Source: Nitrosopumilaceae archaeon (lineage in GTDB: Archaea > Thermoproteota > Nitrososphaeria > Nitrososphaerales > Nitrosopumilaceae). From it: DNA of 64,000 nt. Position 1 is the stretch's first letter. Every line of letters begins with the position of its first letter. The notes below the pieces were generated by a model. It was not told the origin of the DNA. It worked only from the letters and a program-made list of their open reading frames with translations, and ran no database searches. The stretch lies in NCBI GenBank assembly GCA_965207375.1, contig CBDBMG010000002.1:384001-448000 (forward strand), given 5' to 3'. This document shows, one piece after another, positions 27,049 to 39,217 of this stretch. A program made the position numbers and the translations under genes.

Positions 27049-30000
27049 TTTTTTTTAAAAATAATTTAATATAATTTTTAAATTACTTATAATATGATAT
27101 ACAGCAAACAATATTAAGGCAGTACCAGCCTGCCCTCAGTTATAGCTAAGTTAAAGTCAATCTCCTTCTGCGGATGGCCAGCTGTGGAGCGACTCCCCCT
27201 TAGACACATAATTGCAGACCGTAACAATGAAAAACACAATCGGCAATGAATTAAAGAAATCACTGTGTTGTAATGTTGATCTTTTTTAATAGCAAGTAAT
27301 GAAGCAAGTCTCTTGTAAGTAATTTCAGTAGGGCCGCTCATGCCTCCTAAAGCTGAAAAAACAAGGGGGGTAAATGATCCACGCTCAACTTCACGGACTC
27401 GCTGTTCATACATCCGACGTTTCTCACGATCATGAGATCTGAAGCAAGCAGAAAGGTGAGTCTGGCGATTCGTAGCAGCCAAAGGGTTGAAAACACGAAC
27501 ATCAAAGTAGGCTTGTTGATGATGAATGCCCCAAAAACCCTGAGCTCTCACATCAAGGCGAGCACCACACTCAATATTTGCAGAGCGATGAAAAAAACGT
27601 TCATTGGAGACCGGTTGTAGTGTAGGTTCAGTGGCCACATTGGGGCAGACCTCTGACATCAGCTGAGCAGTGATGTCCCTAATCTCATTGTGGCGAAGAG
27701 TCGGATAACCCCCATGAGGACAAGTGAAGGCATGGTCAACAGTAAGTGAGGTGCCACAAACACACTCCGTTGGAAGATGAAGCAGTGGCCAACCATAGCG
27801 AAGACAAACAGCATCACGAAAGTCACCCTTGTGAAGGGAAAAACCATGCTCATCAAGTGGCAAGACAGTCAACCAACTGGAGGCCCCCTTCAAACAGGCA
27901 AATTCCCTAGCACGTTGCAGCTCAAGAGGTAACAGAGGATGAAGGGTATCAGCCACTTCCCCACATCTGCAGCGATTCTCAAGATGTGTTTCCTGTTTAA
28001 GGGCAAGCTGTTCATTCAACACATTAACTGGAAAAGCTGGGTCCTGCTCCAAAAGTAGTGACACTAAGGGACCAGTCACCCGTCGTGAAGAGTCAAACTG
28101 AAAAGCAGCAGATACGCAAGGATCAATAATACCAAGTCCACCCAGACGTGAAGGTAATGAAATCAGTTGCCTCTCAACATCACTAAAAGTACCTTTACCA
28201 GTCAAAGATGGCAGCAGATGTAATCGAATGCCCTGCTCCAATGGAGAGAGCAGCCTACCAATATCAGGTAATGTTCTAGATAGAAATATCCATCTTCCCA
28301 AGAGCCCATGAGTCACAGCAGAATAGGCCGCATGTGGCTGAGAAAGGGCAATCTCTGACAATTTAAACAACTCATCAGTCCATTCCTTCACTTTTCCAAT
28401 CACATATGACTTAACAAAATCAGAAGAGCCAATAGCAGCACCCAGGTATCGTCTGCCCTCAGTAGTGAACTGAACACCAGTATCACCAAAGATGGAGTGT
28501 GCCAGGGACAGATGTGATTCCTTAACAATCAAAAATGTTTTAGATGAATTAACAAAATAACCAAACTGAGGACCAATATCACACAACATATCCCACCAAG
28601 CACGGAGATCAGCAAGCTGACCGACTGCTGCCGCATCATCAGCATACCACACCTGCTTAGCAACACTGCTCAATTGTGTAATCAAGGGGACCAAAGCCAA
28701 AGCATACATGGCCATCGCAAGCGGGTCTCCCTGTGTTGTTCCCTCCTGTGATAAAATAGTTTCACCACCAACAAACAACCTAGCAGCATTGCGATACGTA
28801 TTAATGATAACTCGAGAAAAAGCTGGACAAAGAGATGAAATATTTCTCAGAGCAAGGTGGCGGTTCAAATTATTAAATGCGTTGGATGCATCCACCAACA
28901 AAGCAGCCTGTGTAGTAGGATCATCAAAAATGAGCCGCAGAGCATGGATAGCAGACTCACACCCAGATGGCTGACCAGCACACAACTGAAGAGAGCCTGC
29001 AGACTGTTGTATCTCAACTCCAATCACAGAGAGGACTGTCTTGCCAACAATCCGCCGAACCACCTCACCCACACCAATTGGCCGGACACCAGGACACTTA
29101 TCCAGAGCAATCAGTCGACAAGCGGTGAAGGCAGTCAAACCAGCAGGATCAACATATTCCGTACAAAGACGTCGAGCAATGGAAGCCAAAGCATTACACA
29201 AATCAGCAGAAGCACTGTGATAGGAGGCACAAATACGGCGCCAACCATGAGCATCAACATTAGATGGCCCTGCAGCACCATCAACATGTAGAGCAATTGA
29301 ACGAATCAGTGAACCAGTAATACGATCAAAATACACAGGATGTGGATCAAAGGCAGATGAAATAGGAGGGAGCACTGCACATTGCTCTAAAGGGCGACCT
29401 GGAGGATGTTTCTCCAACAAAATATCCCTGACAGATTTGGACCCGATCATCTTATCCAATTGTAAAGGGGCACTATCATCACAATCAGTCAGTAAGCGCA
29501 GAGCAGCACGAACTTTCCCCTCCAACATCAACTTGGAAAAAGAAAATGAAATAGAACTTGAGTCTCTTGAGACTCGACGAGAGGTCAGGCCACGCTGAAT
29601 AGAACGACCCTCCTCCAGAAGTGCAGACAGATCCCCCTTCCACCACAGCTTCAGTCTCCTCTCAATACATTGGATATGATCACTAGCTTTGGATTTGGAA
29701 AATGGCTTTTGAAGGATCAATATAGGTAGAGTCATAGCTGCCTTCAGAGCAACTCCCTCCAGACTAGAGCCAGGATAGTAAGCATTAAATAAACGAGCCA
29801 ACTCAGAAACAAACACTTTACCACCTTTGCCAAAAGGCAAAGAAAAAACATTTCTCCTCCAATGCACAACCTCCTCATAAATTTGATCCAGAAGGGAAGA
29901 AAATGAATTACCATCAACATCACCCCACAAAAACTGTGGATTCTCTGATATCCTGGAAAAACTTGGTAAGGTCAAACAAACAGGATCAAGGTCAGCATCA

Positions 30001-30286
30001 GAAGTGTCGCCAACTGATGACTCGTTCCACGAAGAAGGCACAGACTCAGCCTCTGAAAGAGAGGCAACATCAGTATCAGATTCAACGGAACTCACGACAG
30101 ACTCATGACGATTTTCACAACGACCTCGACGGAGTGGTAGGCAGTCGGTACAGGCCAAGCCAGCACGAACACAAACGCAGCTTCGACAGCGTCCATTACC
30201 ATTACAACGGCAACATTGGGGCATTGCGAAGAGGCTCCTTCTCTCCGGGTATCACACTCCCTATTCGAGATCACGTGCGTTTATCT
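27049..30286 (-). mobile_element. CRE-like non-LTR retrotransposon (RT plus restriction-like endonuclease), apparently full length
   Basis: Single long ORF, short 3' UTR and A8 tail (T-run at 27049-27056). It interrupts the DIRS direct repeat, with a possible short TSD taga. Confidence 0.88.
27114..30224 (-). CDS. Reverse transcriptase / RLE endonuclease polyprotein with N-terminal Cys-rich (CXC-like) domain, 1036 aa
   Basis: RPIGVGE, VDASNAFN, TTQGDPLAM, WYADD, YLG; Zn knuckle CVCG...HAFTC...RHNEIRD; nuclease RLDVRAQG...FDVRV...EKRRMY. No stops. Confidence 0.93.
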   Translation of the reverse strand: MPQCCRCNGNGRCRSCVCVRAGLACTDCLPLRRGRCENRHESVVSSVESDTDVASLSEAESVPSSWNESSVGDTSDADLDPVCLTLPSFSRISENPQFLWGDVDGNSFSSLLDQIYEEVVHWRRNVFSLPFGKGGKVFVSELARLFNAYYPGSSLEGVALKAAMTLPILILQKPFSKSKASDHIQCIERRLKLWWKGDLSALLEEGRSIQRGLTSRRVSRDSSSISFSFSKLMLEGKVRAALRLLTDCDDSAPLQLDKMIGSKSVRDILLEKHPPGRPLEQCAVLPPISSAFDPHPVYFDRITGSLIRSIALHVDGAAGPSNVDAHGWRRICASYHSASADLCNALASIARRLCTEYVDPAGLTAFTACRLIALDKCPGVRPIGVGEVVRRIVGKTVLSVIGVEIQQSAGSLQLCAGQPSGCESAIHALRLIFDDPTTQAALLVDASNAFNNLNRHLALRNISSLCPAFSRVIINTYRNAARLFVGGETILSQEGTTQGDPLAMAMYALALVPLITQLSSVAKQVWYADDAAAVGQLADLRAWWDMLCDIGPQFGYFVNSSKTFLIVKESHLSLAHSIFGDTGVQFTTEGRRYLGAAIGSSDFVKSYVIGKVKEWTDELFKLSEIALSQPHAAYSAVTHGLLGRWIFLSRTLPDIGRLLSPLEQGIRLHLLPSLTGKGTFSDVERQLISLPSRLGGLGIIDPCVSAAFQFDSSRRVTGPLVSLLLEQDPAFPVNVLNEQLALKQETHLENRCRCGEVADTLHPLLPLELQRAREFACLKGASSWLTVLPLDEHGFSLHKGDFRDAVCLRYGWPLLHLPTECVCGTSLTVDHAFTCPHGGYPTLRHNEIRDITAQLMSEVCPNVATEPTLQPVSNERFFHRSANIECGARLDVRAQGFWGIHHQQAYFDVRVFNPLAATNRQTHLSACFRSHDREKRRMYEQRVREVERGSFTPLVFSALGGMSGPTEITYKRLASLLAIKKDQHYNTVISLIHCRLCFSLLRSAIMCLRGSRSTAGHPQKEIDFNLAITEGRLVLP

Positions 30287-30348
30287 TAGATACATGCACC
30301 CCATGACCAGACTGGCTGTACGCGCGCGATGCGTTTGTGAGTGAATTA

Positions 30349-31897
30349 GCGTAAACACTCGATTATCGGCCGGGTTAATGCCCCCCTCCCCTCCCACTAT
30401 AACCACACAGAACACCTTATACCCATTATAAACGCTCGTGATAAACCTTAATACTTCCCTTAGATGGTGTAAGAATCCTACTATTGTCCTGGCTTTCAGT
30501 GACAAGATATGAGTCTTGACATTAAACAATGTAGGGACCCAGTTATCGGCCAGTGCACTCCATTATCGGCTGCCCATATAATTCCCGTATATCTATTATC
30601 GGCGATTTGCAATATTTCATGCTATTTTTGTTCATTCAAAAATAATTTAAGAATTTCAAGACTATTACGATATTTAAGAGTATTTAACACACTCTGTATC
30701 GAAATTTCATGCAATTCTAATGTGCCATTTCTTTTCTACATTAAATTATTTTTATCTACTTAACAAAGAGGACATAAAACACACTGCTCTACATCTACAT
30801 CATCATCATCAATACAATCCTCGTGAAACCATCTTGAGCATTGACACTGTAGCCACTCCCTCCCAGTACCAGCATCATCAGCATACACACCAAAGCACAC
30901 ACAGCACCTGTTGACATCAATTTCATCATCGGCACTGTTCTTTGATCTCTTCGCACTAGACTGTGCATGACTAGTAGATTTTCGCTTTGAAGGACCCCTA
31001 CTACTGCATGGCTCATCTGCTTGATTATCTGTTGGTACATCAGCTACCGGATCATCTGTTGTTACATCAGGCATCAAATTATCTGCTGCAACTTCGGGCC
31101 TACTACTTCTACGGTTGCCCTGCTTTCTTCTTATTGGTTTTTTCTCTGCTTTTCAGCTTCTTTCAGTGCTGCTTCACATGCCTTTTCTTCTTGTTTACAC
31201 TTCAATTCCTCTTCTTTTAGTTTCTTTTTCAATAATCTCTGTTCTTTCCTTTGTTTAGCCATTTGCTTTTCCTTATCTTGTAGAGCTTTCAAACATTCCG
31301 CACTTGTTTCCACCATATTCATAACATCTCGACGAGTTTTGCCATATCCTACCTTCGCTGATAACACTAAATGATCAGTAAGTTCCTTTTCTTCCTGCTT
31401 AGTTAAGTACTGCTTAGGTCCTGGATTTATACCATGCACCACATGTCCACTAAGTCGATCCTTCAGCGTTGATGGCGGCACTCCATATAAGTTTGCTGCT
31501 TTGTTTGCCGGCAAGTGTTTGTTTAAAACTGCATCTAATGCTCCTACCATCTCAGATCCTGTCCACTGCTTTCTTTTACCACTCCTTCTATTACTTTGGC
31601 TCATATCAAAATCCTTTGGTTTTTTTTGTTTGGCATAACTGCGCTGCTACAACAAAAAGATTGAGAAAACTTGTGTACACAAAAACAAACAAGTAATAAA
31701 TGTATTAAGCATAATAAACAAACCTATTTTGTAAAAACAAGGTGATAGAAGGGAGATTCAAAACACAACGTGGCGCACACAATAACACATACTCGGAAAA
31801 CATCGGTTATCTTGCGTAAAATAAATTGCGCAAACCTGGTCGATAATTGTTGCAGTTTTAGCCGATAATAGACATCGCCGATAATCGGGGACTTACG
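30349..31897 (-). mobile_element. Internally deleted pogo/Fot1-like (Tc1/mariner superfamily) DNA transposon
   Basis: TIRs gcgtaaacactcgattatcggc / gccgataatcgggacttacgc. TA is duplicated relative to the empty site gaatTAacttgg in the 40744-40930 repeat. Subterminal ttatcggc repeats. Confidence 0.88.
30760..31604 (-). pseudogene. pogo-like transposase remnant: psq-type HTH and C-terminal PHD finger, DDE core deleted
   Basis: KRKQWTGSEMVGALDAV...AANLYGVPPSTLKDRLSG...YLTKQEEKEL is fused near 31305 to a Lys/Glu coil. After a frameshift: CCVC...WLQCQCSRWFHEDC...CPLC. Confidence 0.82.
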
Positions 31898-32459
31898 CTA
31901 ACTTGGCTTAACCGTGCCTGTTAATCTTCACTTAATTCACTCACCCGATACGATACCCAGTGATTATAATTATACCTTACTCAAGCCCTGGCTATCTGGT
32001 GCATGGGGTCGTAAGTTTCGGTTCTCACTTGAGATCGTGTGCCACCCGTAGTTCCACACGTCACGTGTCTCACTGCATAAAATTCTATTCTATACCGTCT
32101 GTGTATGAGCTTGGGTGAGAACTGGGAGTGCAAGCTCCCATGGTCCAGAGGGGAACCCGTAAAGGGTTTCCCCTCACCCAAGTCAACTGATACCTCCAGC
32201 TGTGTTGGTCCCTTAGAAAAAGACCTGTACCGATTGACAATAAAACCAATTTATGATAAACAATTTAGGTAACTAGAACAACTACATATACAACTGCGTA
32301 CACCATCAAATATACTTATACAATTATATAGTATTAATGTATCGCTATATCCTAGCCACACTGTAATGTCATCCCCTTCTGTCTGGCATGGATCCTAGTC
32401 AGTTTCTGGTAAACGTCCTGGCTGTACCAGACTACCAGTGTTGCTGCCGCCGGCAAGAT

Positions 32460-35400
32460 CCTCTCCCTTGGAGTGCGGATATAGCTACAGCGTGTACGCT
32501 GAACTCTCCCACCGACCCATGGTTCTGATCAGCGAGTCCTGAAACCCGCAGTTCGCTGCCGTTGTCGCTGCTCCGATTCTGAAGCTGTGACCTGCGTACT
32601 TTACGGCATCTACTCCTGTGGCCGTTAGGGCCTCCCTCACAGCTCTGACGAATCTGTCACGAGTCAAGTAGCTAACGCCCATCGTTGAATGTAAACAAAA
32701 GGGCCCGGTGTTGGCCCCCTCTTTACCAGGTAGCTAAGAACGGCCGCTACTGGGCATATTCTGTAGTTCGTCCTGCCTCGAGGGGTCCGTCACAAGCAAT
32801 TTTGGCGTACGTGATTTGAAAACAACTGAGTTTTGTAGCTGATTTGTGATTTGAAAACTGTATTTGTGATTTGAAAACTGTATTCGTGATTTGAAGACTG
32901 TTTTGAAAACCGTATTTAAGATTTCAAAACTTGTTAAAATGTACAATTCAGATAAAATCGCTGACTAAATTAATTTTGGCAGTACAAAGATCAGTGAAGG
33001 TGTAAGGAATCATCTTCAGTTCGCCTTAAGCGTGGAAGAAGTGCAGCATCCTCCCCTGAGATATTTTAGATTATGCAGTGCAGCCAGTGTACCCATAATC
33101 AATCAATCACGTAAGTTAAGCACCTTATAATGGGAAACCGCCGAGGGGTACAAAACGTACATGGCTGCCAAGATTCTTAAATCATAAATTAAAACTTCAG
33201 TTAAAATTTTTTCTCCGTATATTAATAATCACGTGATATGGACTGCCTAATTTGGTTATCAGGAATCAATGAAATCAGATCATAAATCAAACAATCAAGT
33301 CAAGATTCCAAGTGTCGGGGCCCCTGGAAACCGCTCATAGTGGACTGCATCCCCATGATGATAAGTACCTTAGGGTTTAAGTCCTTTGTGATCCTTTCCA
33401 TCTGTGTCTGTACAATAATTTACCTAATGGTGAAATCTGTTCCAAGACGTTGCAGGATGGCATTGTGAAAGCACATTAAATTGTCAGATAAGTGTCCACA
33501 CTTGACTACCATTGCAGTCCATAGATTTGATGTGTGATGACTGTGACATTTATTTAAACATTGTATGTACGTATGTGTTGTATAAGCACGTTATGTGACA
33601 TGCACATGCATGTTTAGGTTCCACCCATTGTTAGTTCATTGCTAAGGCTGACAGAGACTTGGCAAAAACAAGAAGCATTGCATATGATACTAGGATCTAT
33701 ATTGTCATTCATTATCACTGTATGTAAAACAATATCACATTACTCTATATACTATTAGAATGTATTGTGGGATTTAATATTCATCAACTGAATTGCCGGC
33801 AGTACTGATTATCTCAATCAAGGCCACTGTACTGCTTGAAACTATTCATGGTTGGATGTCTGTCGTCCCATGGATATAAACAGTTTCCATTCCACATCTC
33901 TACGCTCTCATCTCTGTTCTGTATGTCTCTCCGCTGAACCTTGTACCTGCACTCTCACTGTTTGTTGTGCCGGAATAAGAGTATATACTTGATGGTGAAT
34001 CTTGATCATTAAACTATTTACCTGCAAATGCACAACAACATTACTAGTATAACCAGTAATCAGTGCCCCACATTTATTCTTAGGAAGACTACAGAAGTCT
34101 TGAAGGGTATACATTCATTTTAAAATTAGAGGTAACCATTACAAATATCACATATGCAAAATACCGTGTGGCTAGTAGGATTTAATTTGATGCAACCATC
34201 AAATTAATAACCACCAATGCCTGTACACACAATAAACAGTAAATATCCACTCATGCCTATTCGTCAAATTTAAAATTTGTCATATTTTAAAATTGGAGGT
34301 GGATTTGTCTTCCAGCTATGAAGTATACAGGGTAGGTAATTAAATTACAGATACCACATAATAGAGGTTATGCACAAGACATGGTATTGGATAAGTGCCT
34401 TGCTTTTCTCGATTATTTACTTTGTTCTATTATAACACGAGTGGAAATATAAAAAGATTGTAAGGCAATTGATCATGGCATTGTTGCCAGTATGGTTGAT
34501 ATACAGTTAAAAGATAATCTCTGTTCTTAAATTACTCTACTTACATGATACCTGAGGGGTCCATGACTGTTTGAAATCATGTATGAGATATCTCTTGATT
34601 TTTTAACTTCAAATCTGATCTCAGGGGTTTGAAATCACTTTTGAATGTGTGGATTTGTTGGCTTATTATAAGCTTGCATTTGAAAGATATTGACTTTCAG
34701 AAATGAGATCGAGTTTACGAATTACTGTGTTGTAAGTCATAATTTCAGGCGAGAGTGTATATGATTTCAGTTAGTAACAGACCTCTTGATGATACCAGCC
34801 TCTATGTTATGCAAAACCTCAATAGGCTTGGAGGGTTTGACCGAATTTTAAAACCCTTAGACTTGAGAACAAGTATTAACGACAATGATCTAACTGGAAC
34901 ATATACTGCTAAGAGGCCACATCTGGTGAGGTGATGGTAGTCTGATTATTATTGCAACATGAAGTTTATAAAGTACTTTCCAGTAGGCCATGAATTAAAG
35001 CAGACCCATTAATAACCCCTTTTATGCATGATTCTTAATTTATTAAATACAGTACACTTGCCTGCAAGGAACATCATAGACGGATGAGACTGGTACGCAG
35101 AAGGCTTAACTTGAAATCTTTTCCACGAATCATGGGTAACCGGCAGTCTACGCTTCGTTCTTTATATTAAATTAACAGCAATTCTAGATTCTGCAAAAAC
35201 CTATTCCTTTCAATCAGCCTTTCTTGTTGTCTTGTTTCTGCATCCAGCATAGGCTTCATTTTCTCCGGAAACTTAACAGCACACTTTCTTTCCACAGAGA
35301 AATACCAAGCCTTGATGCGCCTTCTAAAAATAAAAATAATTTAAGGCACGCTAAATCGGCTCTCTTAGTAACCATATGCATAACCGATGTTTTACGGTGC

Positions 35401-36249
35401 ATATTTGGATGCATTTTACGGATTTATGATTTGAAAATATGATTTGCACTGATTTGTGTTTTGAAATTGATTTGGGAACTGATTTGTGTTTTGAAAACTG
35501 GTTTCTTATTTTGAAAACTGATTTGTTGTTTTGAAAACTGATTTGTTGTTTTGTAAACTGATTTGTTGTTTTGAAAACTGCTTTGAGTCAAAGTGTACGT
35601 GATTTGAGAGCGTGTCGGACCCCTCGTCCTGCCTAGATAGATGGTAACGCCCTGCCTGAAAGGATCCGTCTTTGACGCCTTAATTCTGATAGCCAGGTAT
35701 GAGGGGGATGAGTGGTTATCCACACTAATATCCGCCGCTGTCAAATGAATGTTGGGGTCAAAACTAGAATCTGAAGAGACGACAACTTTTCCTGCTCGCA
35801 GAAACCCAAAGAAGCACGTCACTGCCGCAGCCCATAGCATCGAGGCATCATGTTCTCCTAACTTGGCACACCAAGCCTGCTTGACCCAGCCGTTCCAGGA
35901 GGTCGAAGGTAATGGGGAGACGTGTTCGCACGGGTCCATTGGTTAGCCTCTTTACACCCCGCACTACATACTCTAGCTGGGTCATGTTCTCCATATGAGG
36001 ATTCCCCAAGCCCAGTGCTATTTGGGTATGACGTATAGCTGCCAGGTAACTCTTGATGGTGCCAGCTTTTAGGCCACCCTTATACAAATGGGCCACTAAT
36101 CGCAGCAGCGTGTCCTCACGTGCGGGAAATGGGTCATTGATGTTGTAAATCTCGCAAAATGAGCGGTATCTACTGGAGCCCGTCTTATACACTTTGAGCG
36201 TTGCCGGGGCTAGACCAGCCTTAAACAGTTCCCGAACAGTCGTGTCCAT
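32460..36249 (-). pseudogene. Tyrosine recombinase of the Ngaro-like element, split by 32779-35626
   Basis: N-terminus GLAPATLKVY...TIKSYLAAIR; FFGFLRAG; IKASKTDPFRQG; C-terminus GHSFRIGAATTAA...IRTMGRWESSAY. Frameshifts present. Confidence 0.88.
32779..35626. mobile_element. 2.85-kb non-autonomous TIR element with 8-bp TSD (hAT- or P-like)
   Basis: TIRs cgaggggtccgtcac / gtgtcggacccctcg; perfect TSD tcctgcct at 32771-32778 and 35627-35634; ~20-bp subterminal repeats (tttgaaaactg) near both ends. Confidence 0.9.
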
Positions 36250-38990
36250 GCAACGGTTGGATGTCCAATCTGGCTGCTCCACCACCAGTAGCGTGACTAA
36301 GTCTTCTGGGAGGGGATCGCGATGATATGTTGACTGGAATACCTGTGAGTGAAGATAGCCAAAATTATTCCGTGAAACTGTATTTATCCAGGCATTATCT
36401 ATGCCCTCCACGTGCACTGCGTGCAAGGAGAACTGATAACATGCTTTGAAAAAGAACAAACATCGTAGCAGATACATGATTAGCGGTACCTTGCTGTACC
36501 CTGACTTCACTAGTGCCACGGCACCCGAATTAGCACAACGAACAGTCACACTCCGCCCCCTTAGTACTGGGCCTCATACCGCACAGGCCAGCACAATTGG
36601 TAACAGCTCCATCCACGTAATGCTCCGGCCTTCATCCATAACCTGTGATGTCTCTGTACCTCTCCATGGGAGCTGAATCCATCGGGAGAACGTTGGGCAT
36701 ATTGCCCCACAGCCAAATGAGCCTGAAGCATCCGTCCACACCTCCACAGGTGGTGCCAGTGCGTCGTGGATCATATTCACTCCGTTCCACTGCTCCATAA
36801 ATGTGTACCACCATAGCAGATCCGAGCGGGCTGTGGCCCCCAGGCGAACATGATGGCAGCTCAAACAGATGCCTCATGAAGGTTTTCCCTGGTTTCACGA
36901 CGCGGCTGGCATGCGCTAACTTTCCAGCTACCGACTCCAGCTCCTTCCGTGTGGCTGACTACCTGCCTATCCACTGCTGAACTTCCCGGCGTGTTTCCTC
37001 TAGCTTAATTGGCCAGGGAGCCTTGTCTCCATTCTCCTGGTGTCCAGCTCAAAACCCAGAAATGTAAGGCACGTGTAGGGGCCCTCAAGCTTATCCCAAG
37101 CCACTGGCAAGCCCAAACACTCAAAAATCTCCAGCAAAATCCTCAACGCGTGTTCCCCTGATTAGTGTCTGCTGACGTCACAATCAAGAAATCATCTAAG
37201 TAATGAATCACGAACTCCACCCCACGTTGTCGCGCTATCCATTCTGCTGCATCTGCCAGGGCTGTGAAGATCTTCGGGGCAGAGTGCAGTCCAAATGGAA
37301 GGGCCGTATCCACAAATAGTGATCCTTTCCAAAGCATCCCCATAGGCCACCGGTCATCTGGGTGCACTGGTACCACCCTATACGCATTGCCATAGATAGT
37401 ACGGAGAATATACTATCTATGGCATAGCGTATGTCAATCTTAATTAGAAGTGCCCCAGTCCCGTAATTGACTATCCCTTGAGTTGCGTCCTCCACCGTAG
37501 CATAGGAAAGGGAACACATAGTCTCCTGTATTCCATCGTTAATGCTGCCCTCTTCTTGGGAGGACATGTCCACGATGAGCCTCCACTTTCCTGGGGTGCT
37601 CTTTGGTATTACCCGAGGTATTACCCCAAACCGGCTAATGTGCACAAATGGAAATTCCTCGATGCTTAATGGACCCACAACTCTGCCTGCTCTGTATTCT
37701 GATTCTTGGTACTGTGTGATGACTTGTGGGTTATCCATAGCTGATGTCATATTCCTTCTTTAAGACCTTTAACGAAAAAATCGGTCCGCCGTCAAAACTG
37801 GTTCCCCCGGACCGATTTTGGCTGTCAAAACTGGTCCCACTTGCCAATTTTGGTCCCCCGTGAAAACGTGGATTTACAACAATTTGGCTATGCATGGCCT
37901 ACCTGCTCTGATTGTCATTGTTGTTATAGGCCTTATATACTAGCTATACACCATGCACGACTGATTTAGTCTCGCGAGCCAGACCTTTTTCTTAACGCAC
38001 GATAAAAAGGAAGGCGCGCGTTAAGAAAAGGGCTTGGCTCGCGAGACCGCAGGTGATAGGACTGATTGGCTGTCCATGCCAAACATGTCAAAGTTAGCTG
38101 ATAGGTTTTAGCTTTTTCGCTTCATTCTTGGCAGCTGATAGCTATTCAGTTTATATAGTTACAGTACTCAAATTGCATGAAGCTACGTAGCTAGCTACAC
38201 AGATAGTTATAGATTCTATACATCTATGCTATAGCTACATTATTACTGCTTAGAATGCAAAGTAAAAAGGTAAATAGTGAGCTGGCTACGCGAGTTTGCC
38301 AGAAATGTATGGACTTTAATCGTAATATCAGAAACTAGACTATAGTCACGCTATCATCCTTCTAGTATGATAGTACCTTATGATAGACGATAGCCATACT
38401 GTAGTGGTTTGGCTGTCTGTCCATCCGTTGTGGCAGCAGAATCGAAACCGCGCTATATAACGATCAGGAAGCAAGCGCGTCGATATAGGCTAGCTCTCGA
38501 TCTATATGTATATATTACTGAGCTGATGTACGTACTAATTAGCTTTATAGCCTTGGTCGTGGCTAACATAAATCACTATGCAGCATCCAATGATGTAGAT
38601 TGTAGCTATAGCTAGCTAAAACTGTCACTTTAGTGGGGACAAATTTTGGCAAAAGGGGACCAATTTTGGCTGCCAAAATCAGTCCGTCGGACCAATTTTG
38701 GCAGCAAAAAATTGTCAGGGGGACCAGTTTTTCTGCCAAAATCGGTCCGGCCGGACCTATTTTAGGGAGGACCGATTTTGGTGTGACAGACCAACACTGA
38801 CATCTATAGTCGAAACCGACGCGAAATCCCTCCCGTATCCCATTAACAATATATTGTCGAAATTTTTGATCCAGATATGCACTCAGTCCTGTGTCCCATT
38901 CCTGTCATCTAAGGGGGGAGGTGTCTACCTGGAGGGATTGACTTAGACCAATAGGTTCTAACGGACGACATCTCTCTAGGTGGAGCAGAT
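36220..38990 (-). pseudogene. RT / RNase H of the Ngaro-like element, frameshifted and interrupted by 37767-38789
   Basis: GIREGFRVGF, PKSTPGKWRLIVDMS, LPFGLHSAPKIF, HYLDDFL, WTDASGSFGCG, ITWMELLPIVLA, HVEGIDN. Confidence 0.9.
37767..38789. mobile_element. MITE-like insertion with ggaccgattttgg subterminal repeats; contains a small hairpin element at 37967-38048
   Basis: Imperfect TIRs ctttaacgaaaaaatcggtcc / ggaccgattttggtgtgacag, possible 2-bp TSD ac; RT coding sequence resumes on both sides. Confidence 0.72.
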
Positions 38991-39217
38991 CCTCCATGTA
39001 TCGATATAAGCTTGAAAGGGGGCAATATGTCCCGTAAGTTCCATCCATGCATGCATCTGATCATATTCGCGAGGGAAGGCGCTCGGCTTACTGGGCCCGC
39101 TACTTCGGCTGTAGCTATTCCCTAAATCCCGCTTCCCATGAGATACATTATTAATCATAGATTAATGTTCAACAAACAAAACGAAAATTGTCCTATGGCC
39201 TGCTAGAATTATATGAT

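Noticed and set aside
27432-30289. Plus-strand and alternative-frame ORFs over the CRE-like element
   Set aside because: Shadows of the long minus-strand RT ORF.
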